A DNA stretch of 64,000 nt, from assembly GCA_021775475.1 (NCBI GenBank), contig JAJFHS010000053.1, positions 44,271 to 108,270 of the forward strand, read 5' to 3'. A program made the translations under genes and the position numbers. This DNA is from Hyphomicrobiales bacterium (lineage in GTDB: Bacteria > Pseudomonadota > Alphaproteobacteria > Rhizobiales > JAJFHR01). The notes beneath the pieces were generated by a model. It was not told the origin of the DNA and made no database searches. It saw only the letters and a program-made list of their open reading frames with translations. Below are positions 8,234 to 17,566 of the stretch, one piece after another; within the stretch, counting starts at the first letter, position 1; each line of letters starts with the position of its first letter.

Positions 8234-11200
8234 TTAAGCCATCTCCTCTATTTCACTTTCAACCCGTTTCTCAACACCGACAAAATCGATTTTTCCCGAG
8301 CCAAGCACAGGAACCTCGCCTACCCTCACCACAGCTGGTATCATCAGGTCCTGGCCACCGTTTGCCTTGGCAAAGCGTACAAAATCATCACGGGTCGCGC
8401 CTTCTGCATCGGTTAATAAAACCAGCCGTTCTCCCTTTCTGGCATCAACTACCGCCACCACTGCACACAGCTGGTTAGGCCAGACCTTACCAGCCATAAC
8501 TTCAACGACTGCCAGAGAAATCATCTCACCACCAATCTTGGCAAAGCGCTTGGCGCGACCGCGAATGGCAATAAAGCCGTGAGCATCAATGGTAACAATA
8601 TCGCCGGTATCATGCCAGCCATCTTCCAGACCTTCCACCACACCCGGATTTTCAGCCCGCAGATACCCGGCCATAACGTTTGGTCCGCGCACAAAAAGCC
8701 GCCCGCCTTCATCAATTCCCGGCACGGGTTCGAGGCGCGCTTCCATACCCGGCATGATTTTTCCAACCGTATCGGCTTTGCAATACATCGGCGTGTTGAT
8801 GGAGATAATCGGGGCGGTTTCTGTTACCCCGTAGCCTTCGAGAATACGCAATCCGAATTTTTCCATATAGGTTTTGCGTGTTGATGCCTTGACCGGTTCT
8901 GCCCCGGCAAAACAATAGCGGATGGAGCGAAAATCATACGGATGAGCGGTGCGGGCATAGCCACTCAAAAACGTGTCGGTACCAAATATGATGGTAGCGT
9001 TTGAGCCGTAGACCAGCTCTGGAATGATTCGGTAATGTAACGGCGAGGGATAGAAATATACCGGCACCCCGGCAATCAGCGGCAATATCGTTCCGGTAGT
9101 CAAACCAAACGAATGAAACAGCGGCAAAACGTTGAAAACCTTGTCGCCAGCGTGAAAATCAATGCGTGATGCCGCCTGAGCTGCATTTGACAGGATATTT
9201 CGGTGAGACAGCACCACACCTTTTGGAGCACCTTCAGAACCCGACGTAAACAGAATAACCGCTGCCTCATCGGCAGATTTACGCACACGCGGCCTGGTTT
9301 TACGTAAAAATCCAAACAATTTATCTATGGGGTTGATGGCCTGGCGAATGTCGTCCATCCAGACTATATCAATAAATTCGCCCACCTCATCAATGACACC
9401 GTCAAGCTTTGCCTGTTCAACAAAGGCGCGCGAGGTCAGTATTGTTTTGGTCTGGGTCGCCTTGCACGCCGACAGGATATTTGCAGCACCGGCTGAAAAA
9501 TTGATCATCGCCGGGGTTTTCCCTGCCGAAACAACCGCCAGCATGGTGACAATCGAACCATTGGCATTTGGCAACATAACGCCAAGCGTTGTTTGCTCCG
9601 CAAAAATCGTTGTGAATTTCTCAGCCAGAACACTGACCCCGGTGAGCAACCTGCCATAAGACAGCTTGCCGCTGATGGGATCTTCAACGCAGGTTTTTTT
9701 CATACCCCGTTCGCGCGCCGTTTTGATAATGCGTTGCAAAATGGTTTCATCAGTTGTGGTGGTGCGGAAAACCAGTTGCGACATGATCTGGTAGAGATCA
9801 GCCCCGGCAGCAGAACGTCGCGCAGCTCCTTTGAGATCATCGGGCACACTCAGACGTACCGGTTCCAGAATTGTGACTTTAACCTTGGGGAAAAGACGGC
9901 GGCGAACATGGGTCGAAGTCAGGCGCGAGAAATAACTTTTTTCCAAACCATCAATGCGGATCGGCACCACCATGGAGCCGGTTTTATCCGCCACCATGGC
10001 CGCACCATTATAGATTTTCATCAAACCGCCGGTAACAGTAATGCGCCCCTCAGGGAAAATCACCAGAGGTTTGCCGCTTTTAACTGACTTGATCAATGTG
10101 CGCGTCGCCATCGGTTTGGAAGGATCAAGTGCGAGAAAATTACACACTCTCAAAAACGGTCGCACCCACCAGGCTTTGGCAATCGTGTAATCAACCACAA
10201 ACACCGGATCTTCGTCTGTTAACGCCAGTGCCAGGGCCCCATCGAGAAAACTCACATGATTAAGTGCCAGGATAGGCGCTTTACCGGCCTTTTTGATGTT
10301 TTCAAGACCAACGATTTCAAGGCCATGAAAAGCCCGAAACAGAATGGAGACAAAATCACGAAACGGATTTGTCGGCAGATGACGCATCATCAGCCAGGCA
10401 GCGATAATGTTGAGAACACCAAGACCCGTCAGTATCTGAAAAACGGTAACGCCCTGCACCTGCAAAATCGCCACGATGCCACCACCTAAAGTCATGAATG
10501 CAGCAGAGACAACGTTAACTCCAGCAATCACCCGGGCGCGGCGGTTTTCTTCAGCCCAGGTCTGAATAGCGGTAAATGATGGCACCACCAAAAAGGCCCC
10601 GGCGATTGCCAAACCTGCCAGATCAACGCCAATGCGAAGGGTGTTGTCGCCAGCAAAAAATTGCGCAACCGTGGTCGCCGCAATCGTTGTTTCAACGGAT
10701 GAAATACTCCAAGCAAGATCAAGCCCGAACAGCGCCATCACCCCGGTGCCAACCGGTGTCGGCAACAGCACAACACGACCAGCTGACATCCACGCGGCAA
10801 CGGCTGAGCCAGCGCCCAAGGCAACAGCGAAAATCGCTAGATAACGCGTTACAATGATTTCGCTGCCACCAAGGACTTCCTTGACCATAGGTGGCAGAAT
10901 TGACAGAATAATGGCACCAATAAGCCAAAACCAAGACACCATCAGACCAGTTGTCCAGATACGTTTATCCTGACGCAACTCATCGACGATACGCCACGAT
11001 GAGCGAAAAATATTCACATCAATCTTTAAATCAGGCGCCGCACTGCCGGTCGCTGGAATATAACGGCTCACCCACCAGCAAGCGGTCGCCAGTGCCATCA
11101 TCAAGGGGCCGAAAACAATCACATTAACGCCGCCAATGGACGCAAGACCGCCCACAATCGTACCGCCAAGGATGGCAATAAATGTCGCCCCTTCAATCCA

Positions 11201-11626
11201 GGCATTAGCGCGGGCAAGTTCATGCTTTTGCAGGTGATCGGGCAAAATTCCGTACTTTATCGGCCCGAACAAGGCTGAGATGACCCCAAACAAAAACAGC
11301 GCCGCCATCAAAACCAGTACCGATGACAAAGCCAGACCGGCAACCGACACACCCGCAGCGGCGATTTCGGCAAGTTTGAGTTTTTCAGCCATCCGCGCCT
11401 TGTCAAACCGGTCAGCCAATTCACCACCAAGAGCTGAAAAAAACAAAAATGGAGCCATAAAAACAGCCCCGGCCAGAGTTATCAGCGCCGCCGATTGTGC
11501 CATGGAGAACTGGAACAGGATCAAGAAAACAAGCGTGTTTTTCAAAAAATTATCATTAAACGCAGACAGAAATTGTGTCCAGAACAAGGGGGCAAAACGC
11601 CGGGATGTCATCAGATTGGTGTTCAT
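8234..11626 (-). CDS. aas: Triple fusion: MFS lysophospholipid transporter (LplT) + PlsC-type acyltransferase + acyl-ACP synthetase (Aas)
   Basis: 1130 aa. The N-terminus is an MFS domain (FWTQFLSAFNDNFLKN). The middle has the HX4D motif (NHVSFLD). The C-terminus is AMP-binding (LFTSGSEGAPKGV). AAGGAAA precedes the ATG. Confidence 0.85.
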   Translation of the reverse strand: MNTNLMTSRRFAPLFWTQFLSAFNDNFLKNTLVFLILFQFSMAQSAALITLAGAVFMAPFLFFSALGGELADRFDKARMAEKLKLAEIAAAGVSVAGLALSSVLVLMAALFLFGVISALFGPIKYGILPDHLQKHELARANAWIEGATFIAILGGTIVGGLASIGGVNVIVFGPLMMALATACWWVSRYIPATGSAAPDLKIDVNIFRSSWRIVDELRQDKRIWTTGLMVSWFWLIGAIILSILPPMVKEVLGGSEIIVTRYLAIFAVALGAGSAVAAWMSAGRVVLLPTPVGTGVMALFGLDLAWSISSVETTIAATTVAQFFAGDNTLRIGVDLAGLAIAGAFLVVPSFTAIQTWAEENRRARVIAGVNVVSAAFMTLGGGIVAILQVQGVTVFQILTGLGVLNIIAAWLMMRHLPTNPFRDFVSILFRAFHGLEIVGLENIKKAGKAPILALNHVSFLDGALALALTDEDPVFVVDYTIAKAWWVRPFLRVCNFLALDPSKPMATRTLIKSVKSGKPLVIFPEGRITVTGGLMKIYNGAAMVADKTGSMVVPIRIDGLEKSYFSRLTSTHVRRRLFPKVKVTILEPVRLSVPDDLKGAARRSAAGADLYQIMSQLVFRTTTTDETILQRIIKTARERGMKKTCVEDPISGKLSYGRLLTGVSVLAEKFTTIFAEQTTLGVMLPNANGSIVTMLAVVSAGKTPAMINFSAGAANILSACKATQTKTILTSRAFVEQAKLDGVIDEVGEFIDIVWMDDIRQAINPIDKLFGFLRKTRPRVRKSADEAAVILFTSGSEGAPKGVVLSHRNILSNAAQAASRIDFHAGDKVFNVLPLFHSFGLTTGTILPLIAGVPVYFYPSPLHYRIIPELVYGSNATIIFGTDTFLSGYARTAHPYDFRSIRYCFAGAEPVKASTRKTYMEKFGLRILEGYGVTETAPIISINTPMYCKADTVGKIMPGMEARLEPVPGIDEGGRLFVRGPNVMAGYLRAENPGVVEGLEDGWHDTGDIVTIDAHGFIAIRGRAKRFAKIGGEMISLAVVEVMAGKVWPNQLCAVVAVVDARKGERLVLLTDAEGATRDDFVRFAKANGGQDLMIPAVVRVGEVPVLGSGKIDFVGVEKRVESEIEEMA

Positions 11627-11710
11627 GAATTTTCCTTTTCATCTGTGGCAGGGCCGGAAACTTCGCAAATATGATCGATTTTCCGTTGATCACTGGGCAT
11701 TGGCTGTGTA

Positions 11711-11779
11711 TGAACAGTGTTCATGGTTTGAATAATACTCATTTGTGAACAGTGTTCAAGTCATCATGAACACTGTTCA
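11711..11779. promoter_or_regulatory. Three 13-bp palindromes TGAACA-N-TGTTCA (11711-11723, 11746-11758, 11767-11779) in the aas/tetR divergent region: candidate TetR operators
   Basis: All three are perfect dyads read directly in the sequence, located between the divergent starts at 11626 (-) and 11801 (+). Confidence 0.7.
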
Positions 11780-11800
11780 CAAAAATCGGGGTTATGGTTA

Positions 11801-12421
11801 ATGATTTCTAAACGCGAAGCCAGACGCGAGACATTGCGCATAGCGCTGCTGGAGGCCGCAAAAGCGCGTGTTGCCGAAAGCGGGCTTGCCCGATTGCGCG
11901 CACGCGACATCGCCAAAGATGCCGGTTGCGCCCTTGGTGCGTTATATAATGTTTACAAAAGTCTTGATGACCTCATCCTTCACATCAACTCCGCAACCCT
12001 GGCCCAATTGAATACGAAACTGAACCACGCTGCCGCCAATGCAGACACACCGCAGGAAAAACTGGTAGCCCTTGCGCGCCAGTATATGACGTTTGCCATC
12101 GACAACAACTACCTGTGGTCAGCATTGTTCGACCACACGATGCCCGAAAATGCCCCCCTGCCTCAATGGCATCTTGATGAACAGGCAATTTTATTCGGCC
12201 ATGTTGTTGATCCTCTGGCCGCTCTAAAACCTGATCTGGATGCTGCCGGGCTGCACACGGCAGCACGCACGTTGTTTGCAGCTGTTCATGGTATTGTCTC
12301 CATCAGCTTGCGCGAAGGCTCTACAACCATCCCGCGCGAAACCCTCGATGCCCAGTTGACAGAATTCATAATTACCCAGGTAAACGGGATGAAATACGCC
12401 TGTGGCGAACACCAAATCTGA
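11801..12421 (+). CDS. TetR/AcrR family transcriptional regulator
   Basis: 206 aa with an N-terminal HTH region (ARDIAKDAGCALGALYNVYKS) and a helical C-terminal ligand domain. Confidence 0.85.
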   Translation: MISKREARRETLRIALLEAAKARVAESGLARLRARDIAKDAGCALGALYNVYKSLDDLILHINSATLAQLNTKLNHAAANADTPQEKLVALARQYMTFAIDNNYLWSALFDHTMPENAPLPQWHLDEQAILFGHVVDPLAALKPDLDAAGLHTAARTLFAAVHGIVSISLREGSTTIPRETLDAQLTEFIITQVNGMKYACGEHQI

Positions 12422-12460
12422 CCAGCAAAAATATTTTTTATATTTTCTTCAAATGCGCTC

Positions 12461-12491
12461 TTGACCTTCCACTTACTGGAACCTTTATGTG
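12461..12491 (+). promoter_or_regulatory. MerR/CueR-type promoter: TTGACC -35, 19-bp spacer containing the dyad TTCCA-N5-TGGAA, TATGTG -10
   Basis: CTTGACCTTCCACTTACTGGAACCTTTATGTG closely resembles my recollection of the E. coli copA promoter/CueR box. The cognate cueR gene is at 15294. Confidence 0.7.
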
Positions 12492-12529
12492 ATGGTGGCA
12501 ACGTTGATTTATCAAACAGGAGAAGAAAA

Positions 12530-12772
12530 ATGAATACTCAGACAAATGAAGTTACCCTCGAAATCGAAGGCATGTCATGCGGCCATTGTGTCGGCCGGGT
12601 GGAAGAAGCGCTCAACGCTGGTTCGGGCATTGTCGGGGTCACGGTCGATCTTTCCACAAATTCCGCCCAGGTAAAATTTAACGAAGGCGCAACAAGCGCT
12701 GCTGCCATTGCCGCAATTGTGACCGAAGCAGGCTATGACGCCAAACCCAAAGATACTTCACCGGCTGCTTAA
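12530..12772 (+). CDS. copZ: Copper chaperone (single HMA domain)
   Basis: GMSCGHC metal-binding motif in an 80-aa protein. AGGAGAAG precedes ATG 12530, and the upstream extension to 12461 overlaps the promoter. Confidence 0.85.
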   Translation: MNTQTNEVTLEIEGMSCGHCVGRVEEALNAGSGIVGVTVDLSTNSAQVKFNEGATSAAAIAAIVTEAGYDAKPKDTSPAA

Positions 12773-12828
12773 GGCAGCTGCGGGGGTGGCAAACTCCTGA
12801 ACATTAAATCCCCAATGAGGCAACAATA

Positions 12829-15288
12829 ATGAACGCTCACACAACGTCATTTCAGATCGAAGGCATGTCTTGCGCATCGTGCGTGGGCCGGGTGGAAAAA
12901 GCCCTGTCTGCCGTTCCCGGCGTCACGGATGCATCGGTAAATCTGGCAACAGAAACAGCCCAGGTGAGTTTTGACGACAGCGTTAATACGCAAGTTTTAA
13001 CCACCACCCTTAGCGCTGCAGGCTACCCGGCTGCCACCGATGAAGTCACGCTGGAAATAGAAGGCATGACATGTGCGTCGTGCGTCGGACGGGTTGAAAA
13101 AGCCCTGAATGCGGGAGAAGGCGTATTAAAAGCGTCGGTAAATCTGGCAACAGAAACCGCAACCGTGGCTTTTGCCACCGGCGCTACAACACCGGCAGAC
13201 ATCGCCGCGATTGCAACCAAGGCGGGATATGCGGCAAAACCCAAAACCACCAGTGGTACGCCAACCGATAAAGAGGACCGCAAGGCTGCCGAAATCACTC
13301 GTCTTGGACGCATGACACTGTTGGCGGCTGTGCTGGCTCTGCCGGTTTTTGTAATGGAAATGGGCGGCCACGTCTATGCCGGTTTTGGTGAATTTATTGA
13401 ACAATATATTGGCCTTCAAAACAGCCGTCTCATTCAATTTGTGCTGACCACAATCGTGTTGTTCGGGCCCGGTTTGCGGTTCTACACCAAAGGCTATCCA
13501 GCCCTTTTCAAAGGTGCGCCCGACATGAACTCTCTTGTCGCTCTGGGCACCTCATCCGCCTATATTTTCTCGCTTGTGTCCACATTTACACCCTGGGTAT
13601 TACCCGAAGGCACGGTCAATGTGTATTACGAGGCCGCCGCCGTCATTATTGTATTGATATTGCTGGGGCGCTTCCTCGAGGCTCGCGCCAAGGGCCGCAC
13701 CGGTAACGCCATTCGCAAACTTGTTGGCCTGCAGGCCAAAACCGCCCGCGTTGAGCGTAACGGCGAGGTGGCTGAACTGGCCATTGAAGAAATTGTCCTT
13801 GGCGATATTATCCATGTACGCCCCGGTGAAAAAATTTCCGTCGACGGCACGGTTTTAACCGGCTCATCTTACGTCGATGAAAGCATGATTACCGGCGAAC
13901 CCGTGCCGGTTGAAAAAACCAAGGACACAGAAGTTGTCGGCGGCACGGTCAATGGCACCGGCGCCCTCACCTTCACGGCCACCAAAGTCGGTGGCGACAC
14001 CATGCTGGCCCAGATCATTCAGATGGTTGAACAGGCGCAAGGGGCCAAACTGCCCATCCAGGGCATTGTCGACAGGATCACTGCGGTTTTTGTTCCTATT
14101 GTCATGGGTCTGGCCACACTCACCGTTCTGACGTGGTTTTTGATTGGGCCTGAGCCCGCTCTTACCTACGCGCTGATTGCCGGGGTTGCCGTTTTGATTA
14201 TTGCCTGTCCCTGTGCCATGGGTCTGGCGACGCCGACTTCAATTATGGTCGGCACTGGCCGTGCGGCTGAAATGGGTGTGCTGTTTCGTAAAGGTGATGC
14301 CTTGCAATCGTTGCAGGAAGCAAAGATTGTTGCCCTCGACAAGACCGGCACCCTGACGCTTGGCCGCCCCGAACTGACTGATTTGAGCGTAGCCGATGGT
14401 TTTGACAAAGACGAAGTCCTGCGACTGGTTGCTTCTGTTGAAGTAACGTCAGAACATCCGATTGCCGAAGCCATTGTGCGTGCCGCACAAGTCAAGGAAA
14501 TGACCCTGTCAAAGATTGAGGATTTCTCGTCAATTACCGGCTTTGGTGTTCAGGCCAGCGTCGATGGCAAGATCATACTCATTGGTGCAGACCGCTTTAT
14601 GAAGCGCGAAGACGTATCTTTGGGAACACTGCTGGCTGAGGGTGACGCCCTGGGTAAAAAAGGCAAAACACCTTTGTATGCCGCCATTGACGGCAAGATT
14701 GCCGCCGTTATCGCGGTGACCGACCCGATAAAGGACAGCACACCTGAAGCCATCGCAGCGTTGCATAAGCTGGGCCTCAAGGTTGCCATGATAACCGGCG
14801 ACAATCAGGGCACGGCTGAGGCAATCGCCGCAGAACTGAACATTGATCATGTGGTCGCCGAGGTTCTGCCCGAAGGCAAGGTGGAAGCGTTAGAAGCCTT
14901 GCGTGCAGGTGGAACCAAACTGGCCTTTGTTGGTGATGGTATCAATGACGCCCCCGCGCTGGCTGTGGCTGACGTCGGTATTGCCATTGGCACCGGCACC
15001 GATGTGGCGATTGAAGCCGCTGACGTGGTGTTGATATCCGGCGATCTCAAAGGTGTGGTCAATGCGTTTCAGATCAGCCAGCGCACCATGTCAAACATTC
15101 ACCAGAACCTGTTCTGGGCTTTCAGCTACAATACACTGCTGATCCCCGTTGCCGCCGGTGTACTTTATCCGGTAACCGGGCTACTGCTGTCGCCGGTGCT
15201 GGCTGCCGGTGCCATGGCGTTATCAAGCGTCTTTGTTCTAACCAACGCATTGCGTTTACGCTGGGTAAAACCGGCCATGCAGGAGTAA
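12829..15288 (+). CDS. copA: Cu(I)-translocating P1B-type ATPase with two N-terminal HMA domains
   Basis: Motifs present: GMSCASC, GMTCASC, CPC ([12 protein letters not shown]), DKTGTLT and GDGINDAP. Confidence 0.95.
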   Translation: MNAHTTSFQIEGMSCASCVGRVEKALSAVPGVTDASVNLATETAQVSFDDSVNTQVLTTTLSAAGYPAATDEVTLEIEGMTCASCVGRVEKALNAGEGVLKASVNLATETATVAFATGATTPADIAAIATKAGYAAKPKTTSGTPTDKEDRKAAEITRLGRMTLLAAVLALPVFVMEMGGHVYAGFGEFIEQYIGLQNSRLIQFVLTTIVLFGPGLRFYTKGYPALFKGAPDMNSLVALGTSSAYIFSLVSTFTPWVLPEGTVNVYYEAAAVIIVLILLGRFLEARAKGRTGNAIRKLVGLQAKTARVERNGEVAELAIEEIVLGDIIHVRPGEKISVDGTVLTGSSYVDESMITGEPVPVEKTKDTEVVGGTVNGTGALTFTATKVGGDTMLAQIIQMVEQAQGAKLPIQGIVDRITAVFVPIVMGLATLTVLTWFLIGPEPALTYALIAGVAVLIIACPCAMGLATPTSIMVGTGRAAEMGVLFRKGDALQSLQEAKIVALDKTGTLTLGRPELTDLSVADGFDKDEVLRLVASVEVTSEHPIAEAIVRAAQVKEMTLSKIEDFSSITGFGVQASVDGKIILIGADRFMKREDVSLGTLLAEGDALGKKGKTPLYAAIDGKIAAVIAVTDPIKDSTPEAIAALHKLGLKVAMITGDNQGTAEAIAAELNIDHVVAEVLPEGKVEALEALRAGGTKLAFVGDGINDAPALAVADVGIAIGTGTDVAIEAADVVLISGDLKGVVNAFQISQRTMSNIHQNLFWAFSYNTLLIPVAAGVLYPVTGLLLSPVLAAGAMALSSVFVLTNALRLRWVKPAMQE

Positions 15289-15293
15289 TTGAA

Positions 15294-15677
15294 ATGAATA
15301 TAGGCGACGTTGCCAGCCGCTCGGGCCTGCCCGCAAAAACCATTCGCTACTATGAAGACATCGGCTTTGTAAAACCCTTGCGCGACACCAATGGCTACCG
15401 GGTGTTTCAGGAAAAAGAACTGCACAAACTGACGTTCTTAAACCGGGCGCGCGCACTTGGTTTTACCATTGAGGACTGCCGCGCACTCCTGGCACTCTAC
15501 GAAGACGAAACCCGCTCAAGTGCGGACGTAAAACGCATTGCCAACGAGCATCTGCAACAAATCGACGCCAAAATCACCAACCTCAAGGCCATGCGCAACA
15601 CTCTGTCACACCTGATAGAAGAATGCGCCGGCGACCACCGCCCCGATTGCCCGATTTTGGAAGATCTGGGCAAATAG
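15294..15677 (+). CDS. cueR: Cu(I)-responsive MerR-family regulator
   Basis: MerR HTH N-terminus plus a C-terminal C-x7-C metal loop (ECAGDHRPDCP) with CueR spacing. It starts 5 nt after copA. Confidence 0.9.
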   Translation: MNIGDVASRSGLPAKTIRYYEDIGFVKPLRDTNGYRVFQEKELHKLTFLNRARALGFTIEDCRALLALYEDETRSSADVKRIANEHLQQIDAKITNLKAMRNTLSHLIEECAGDHRPDCPILEDLGK

Positions 15678-15710
15678 GGGTAGTCTGCGGCTTAGAGCGA
15701 AATGCTACCG
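15677..15710. repeat. Left copy of a 34-bp imperfect inverted repeat pair bracketing the 15927-17285 ORF
   Basis: GGGGTAGTCTGCGGCTTAGAGCGAAATGCTACCG matches the reverse complement of 17513-17547 at about 29 of 34 positions. It begins within the cueR stop codon. Confidence 0.7.
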
Positions 15711-15926
15711 TAAGGTCAGCAATGCGGACAAAGCTGCCGTTTGGTGGAAATGGCCAAATCTGGCTCAGACCCCGAAACCTGCCGTTCGGGCTACTGGCAA
15801 CATGCGCCAATTGCGGTCATCGACCTCAGGTGAGGCGTCAATCCACTTTGAACCCAACGTGCGCAGTGCTAAAGGTAGCACCGATGTCCAAGAAATCCAA
15901 ACTCCTGCCATCTAAAGAGATTAAAC

Positions 15927-17285
15927 ATGAACGATTTGAACGAGCAGAAAGACGAGACAGTCTTCAATGAGACAACCTTCGAAGGAAAAATCTCCGCAGG
16001 TTCTGTGGAACAAGACATCACTTTTGTTTGCCGCGCAGGCGAAGACTGTCGCCTGGTATTCGATCCGCTGAGCGTTTCGGGCGAAATGTACATTGCGCTG
16101 CACAAATCCATGGGTCAGCCTGGTGGCCACGGCGAATGGGTAACTCTGACGGGAGAGAGCAGTAATGATATCAAGCTTTCATCTGACTACATGGAGATTG
16201 GCGGCCTGAACGCTGGCAGCTCAGGTTACGAAGTTCGACTGAAAACGGGCGAAGCATCGGTCACACTACCCCGGAAAGCCGATCCCAAAGATGCTGCTGT
16301 TGGTTTGAAACTCTTGCTACGTGGCTTCAAAAGTTTTCGTCCGAACCCGGTACAGTCGCAGCTTGGCCAAGTCGTGGTCCAGGGCGACAACGAGGTCGCC
16401 TCTGCTGACACCGTGAGTGGCGCGATCTGCGTCCAGGGAACTGATCCAAATCTCGATGATAGCTGGTATCGTGACGCCGAGGCACTCGCTAAATTCGTTT
16501 GGAAAGGACTACAATTTGGCCATGGGGGCCGCCTCCAAATCCCGTTGCTGCAGTTCTATCGTCCGGACGAAGTGATCGCCACGTTCTACCGTGGGTCTGG
16601 CCGTCCTAAGCATTTGCCCATGATTCATTTTCTCGACCAGTCAGAGTTCATCGCCTCGCTGGTGAAACGCTTTGAAAGCGAAGATACATTTCCAGATGAC
16701 GTATGGCAGGCCGTTGGATGGCTCAATAACGACTCGTCTATTAACGAAGTGCGCTACCTGACGCTTATGACCGCCATCGAAACGATCCTTCACAGTCTGG
16801 TACCAGAAGCGCCGTCAACGCTGATCCCCAAGGTCGAATTCAAGCCGATCCGGGATGCTTTGCTTGAGTCTCTGACGCCATTTGATCTTGGCGAGAAGCA
16901 AAAAAAGGTTCTCCAGAGCAATATCCGACAGATTAATCGGTCACCTTTGTCTCAAAAATTGCAGGCAGTGATCGAGAAGTACGGCTTACCCTCCAGTGTG
17001 TTCGACCAGGACTTAGTGCGTCGGCTCAATAAACAGCGCATCTCGATCGTCCACCAAGGGCGGTCGCTGAACAACGATGAACTCTGGGAATGCTTGCTCT
17101 ACGCTCACGAAATGATCGCGCTAATCGTTTTCTCTGAACTGCGCTACAATGGCCGTTATGAAAGCTATGCCCAAGGGCATGAGCAACGAACAATGCCACC
17201 AGCTGATCAAACTGAGCGGGAAGTCAAAGTTGAGGAAGTCGCCCCATCTTCGGAGAGACCATCGGAGCGCTCTCAATGTCCGTAA
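15927..17285 (+). CDS. Hypothetical protein; the C-terminal helical region carries a HEPN-like Rx4H motif (RISIVH), possibly an ApeA-like defence/abortive-infection nuclease
   Basis: 452-aa ORF isolated by ~250-nt and ~280-nt non-coding flanks. The motif context LNKQRISIVHQG is followed by helical segments. I recognise no other domain, so the function is speculative. Confidence 0.45.
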   Translation: MNDLNEQKDETVFNETTFEGKISAGSVEQDITFVCRAGEDCRLVFDPLSVSGEMYIALHKSMGQPGGHGEWVTLTGESSNDIKLSSDYMEIGGLNAGSSGYEVRLKTGEASVTLPRKADPKDAAVGLKLLLRGFKSFRPNPVQSQLGQVVVQGDNEVASADTVSGAICVQGTDPNLDDSWYRDAEALAKFVWKGLQFGHGGRLQIPLLQFYRPDEVIATFYRGSGRPKHLPMIHFLDQSEFIASLVKRFESEDTFPDDVWQAVGWLNNDSSINEVRYLTLMTAIETILHSLVPEAPSTLIPKVEFKPIRDALLESLTPFDLGEKQKKVLQSNIRQINRSPLSQKLQAVIEKYGLPSSVFDQDLVRRLNKQRISIVHQGRSLNNDELWECLLYAHEMIALIVFSELRYNGRYESYAQGHEQRTMPPADQTEREVKVEEVAPSSERPSERSQCP

Positions 17286-17465
17286 TCGCGCATCTTTCCG
17301 CGTAGCCCTCGCCCGATGAATGTCTGTTCCCAATATCCCGTCCCTGAGTTACCGCGCTGCAACATCCAGTAGAGAGGGCTCAGAGCTGCCATTTACCATG
17401 TCCGTCAAACGAGCGTTTTGCGGTCACAAACAAAACTGTCCGACAATGTAATACACGCCAGAAAA

Positions 17466-17501
17466 ACGGACAAATTGATTAACGGACAACTTGACGGACA
17501 A
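17466..17501 (+). repeat. Three direct ACGGACAA repeats (17466, 17482, 17494), plus a CCGACAA variant at 17440 and GCGGACAA at 15723
   Basis: Read directly in the sequence. They are clustered just inside the right inverted repeat. Confidence 0.6.
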
Positions 17502-17512
17502 GAAATATGCTT

Positions 17513-17547
17513 GGGGTAGTATTTCGCCCTGAGCCGCAAACCACCCC
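17513..17547. repeat. Right copy of the 34-bp inverted repeat pair
   Basis: GGGGTAGTATTTCGCCCTGAGCCGCAAACCACCCC is the inverted partner of 15677-15710. It lies just 3' of the minus-strand gene ending at 17567. Confidence 0.7.
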
Positions 17548-17566
17548 AAAATAGGCTCCATATAAC

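Noticed and set aside
15672-15676. AAATA / AAAATA flanks as target-site duplications of the 15677-17547 segment.
   Set aside because: The duplication is not exact at the immediate junctions and is A-rich and low-complexity, so it is insufficient evidence for transposition on its own.
15623-15970. 115-aa plus-strand ORF spanning the cueR end and the left inverted repeat.
   Set aside because: It overlaps the cueR 3' end in another frame and crosses the repeat. It has no RBS or motif.
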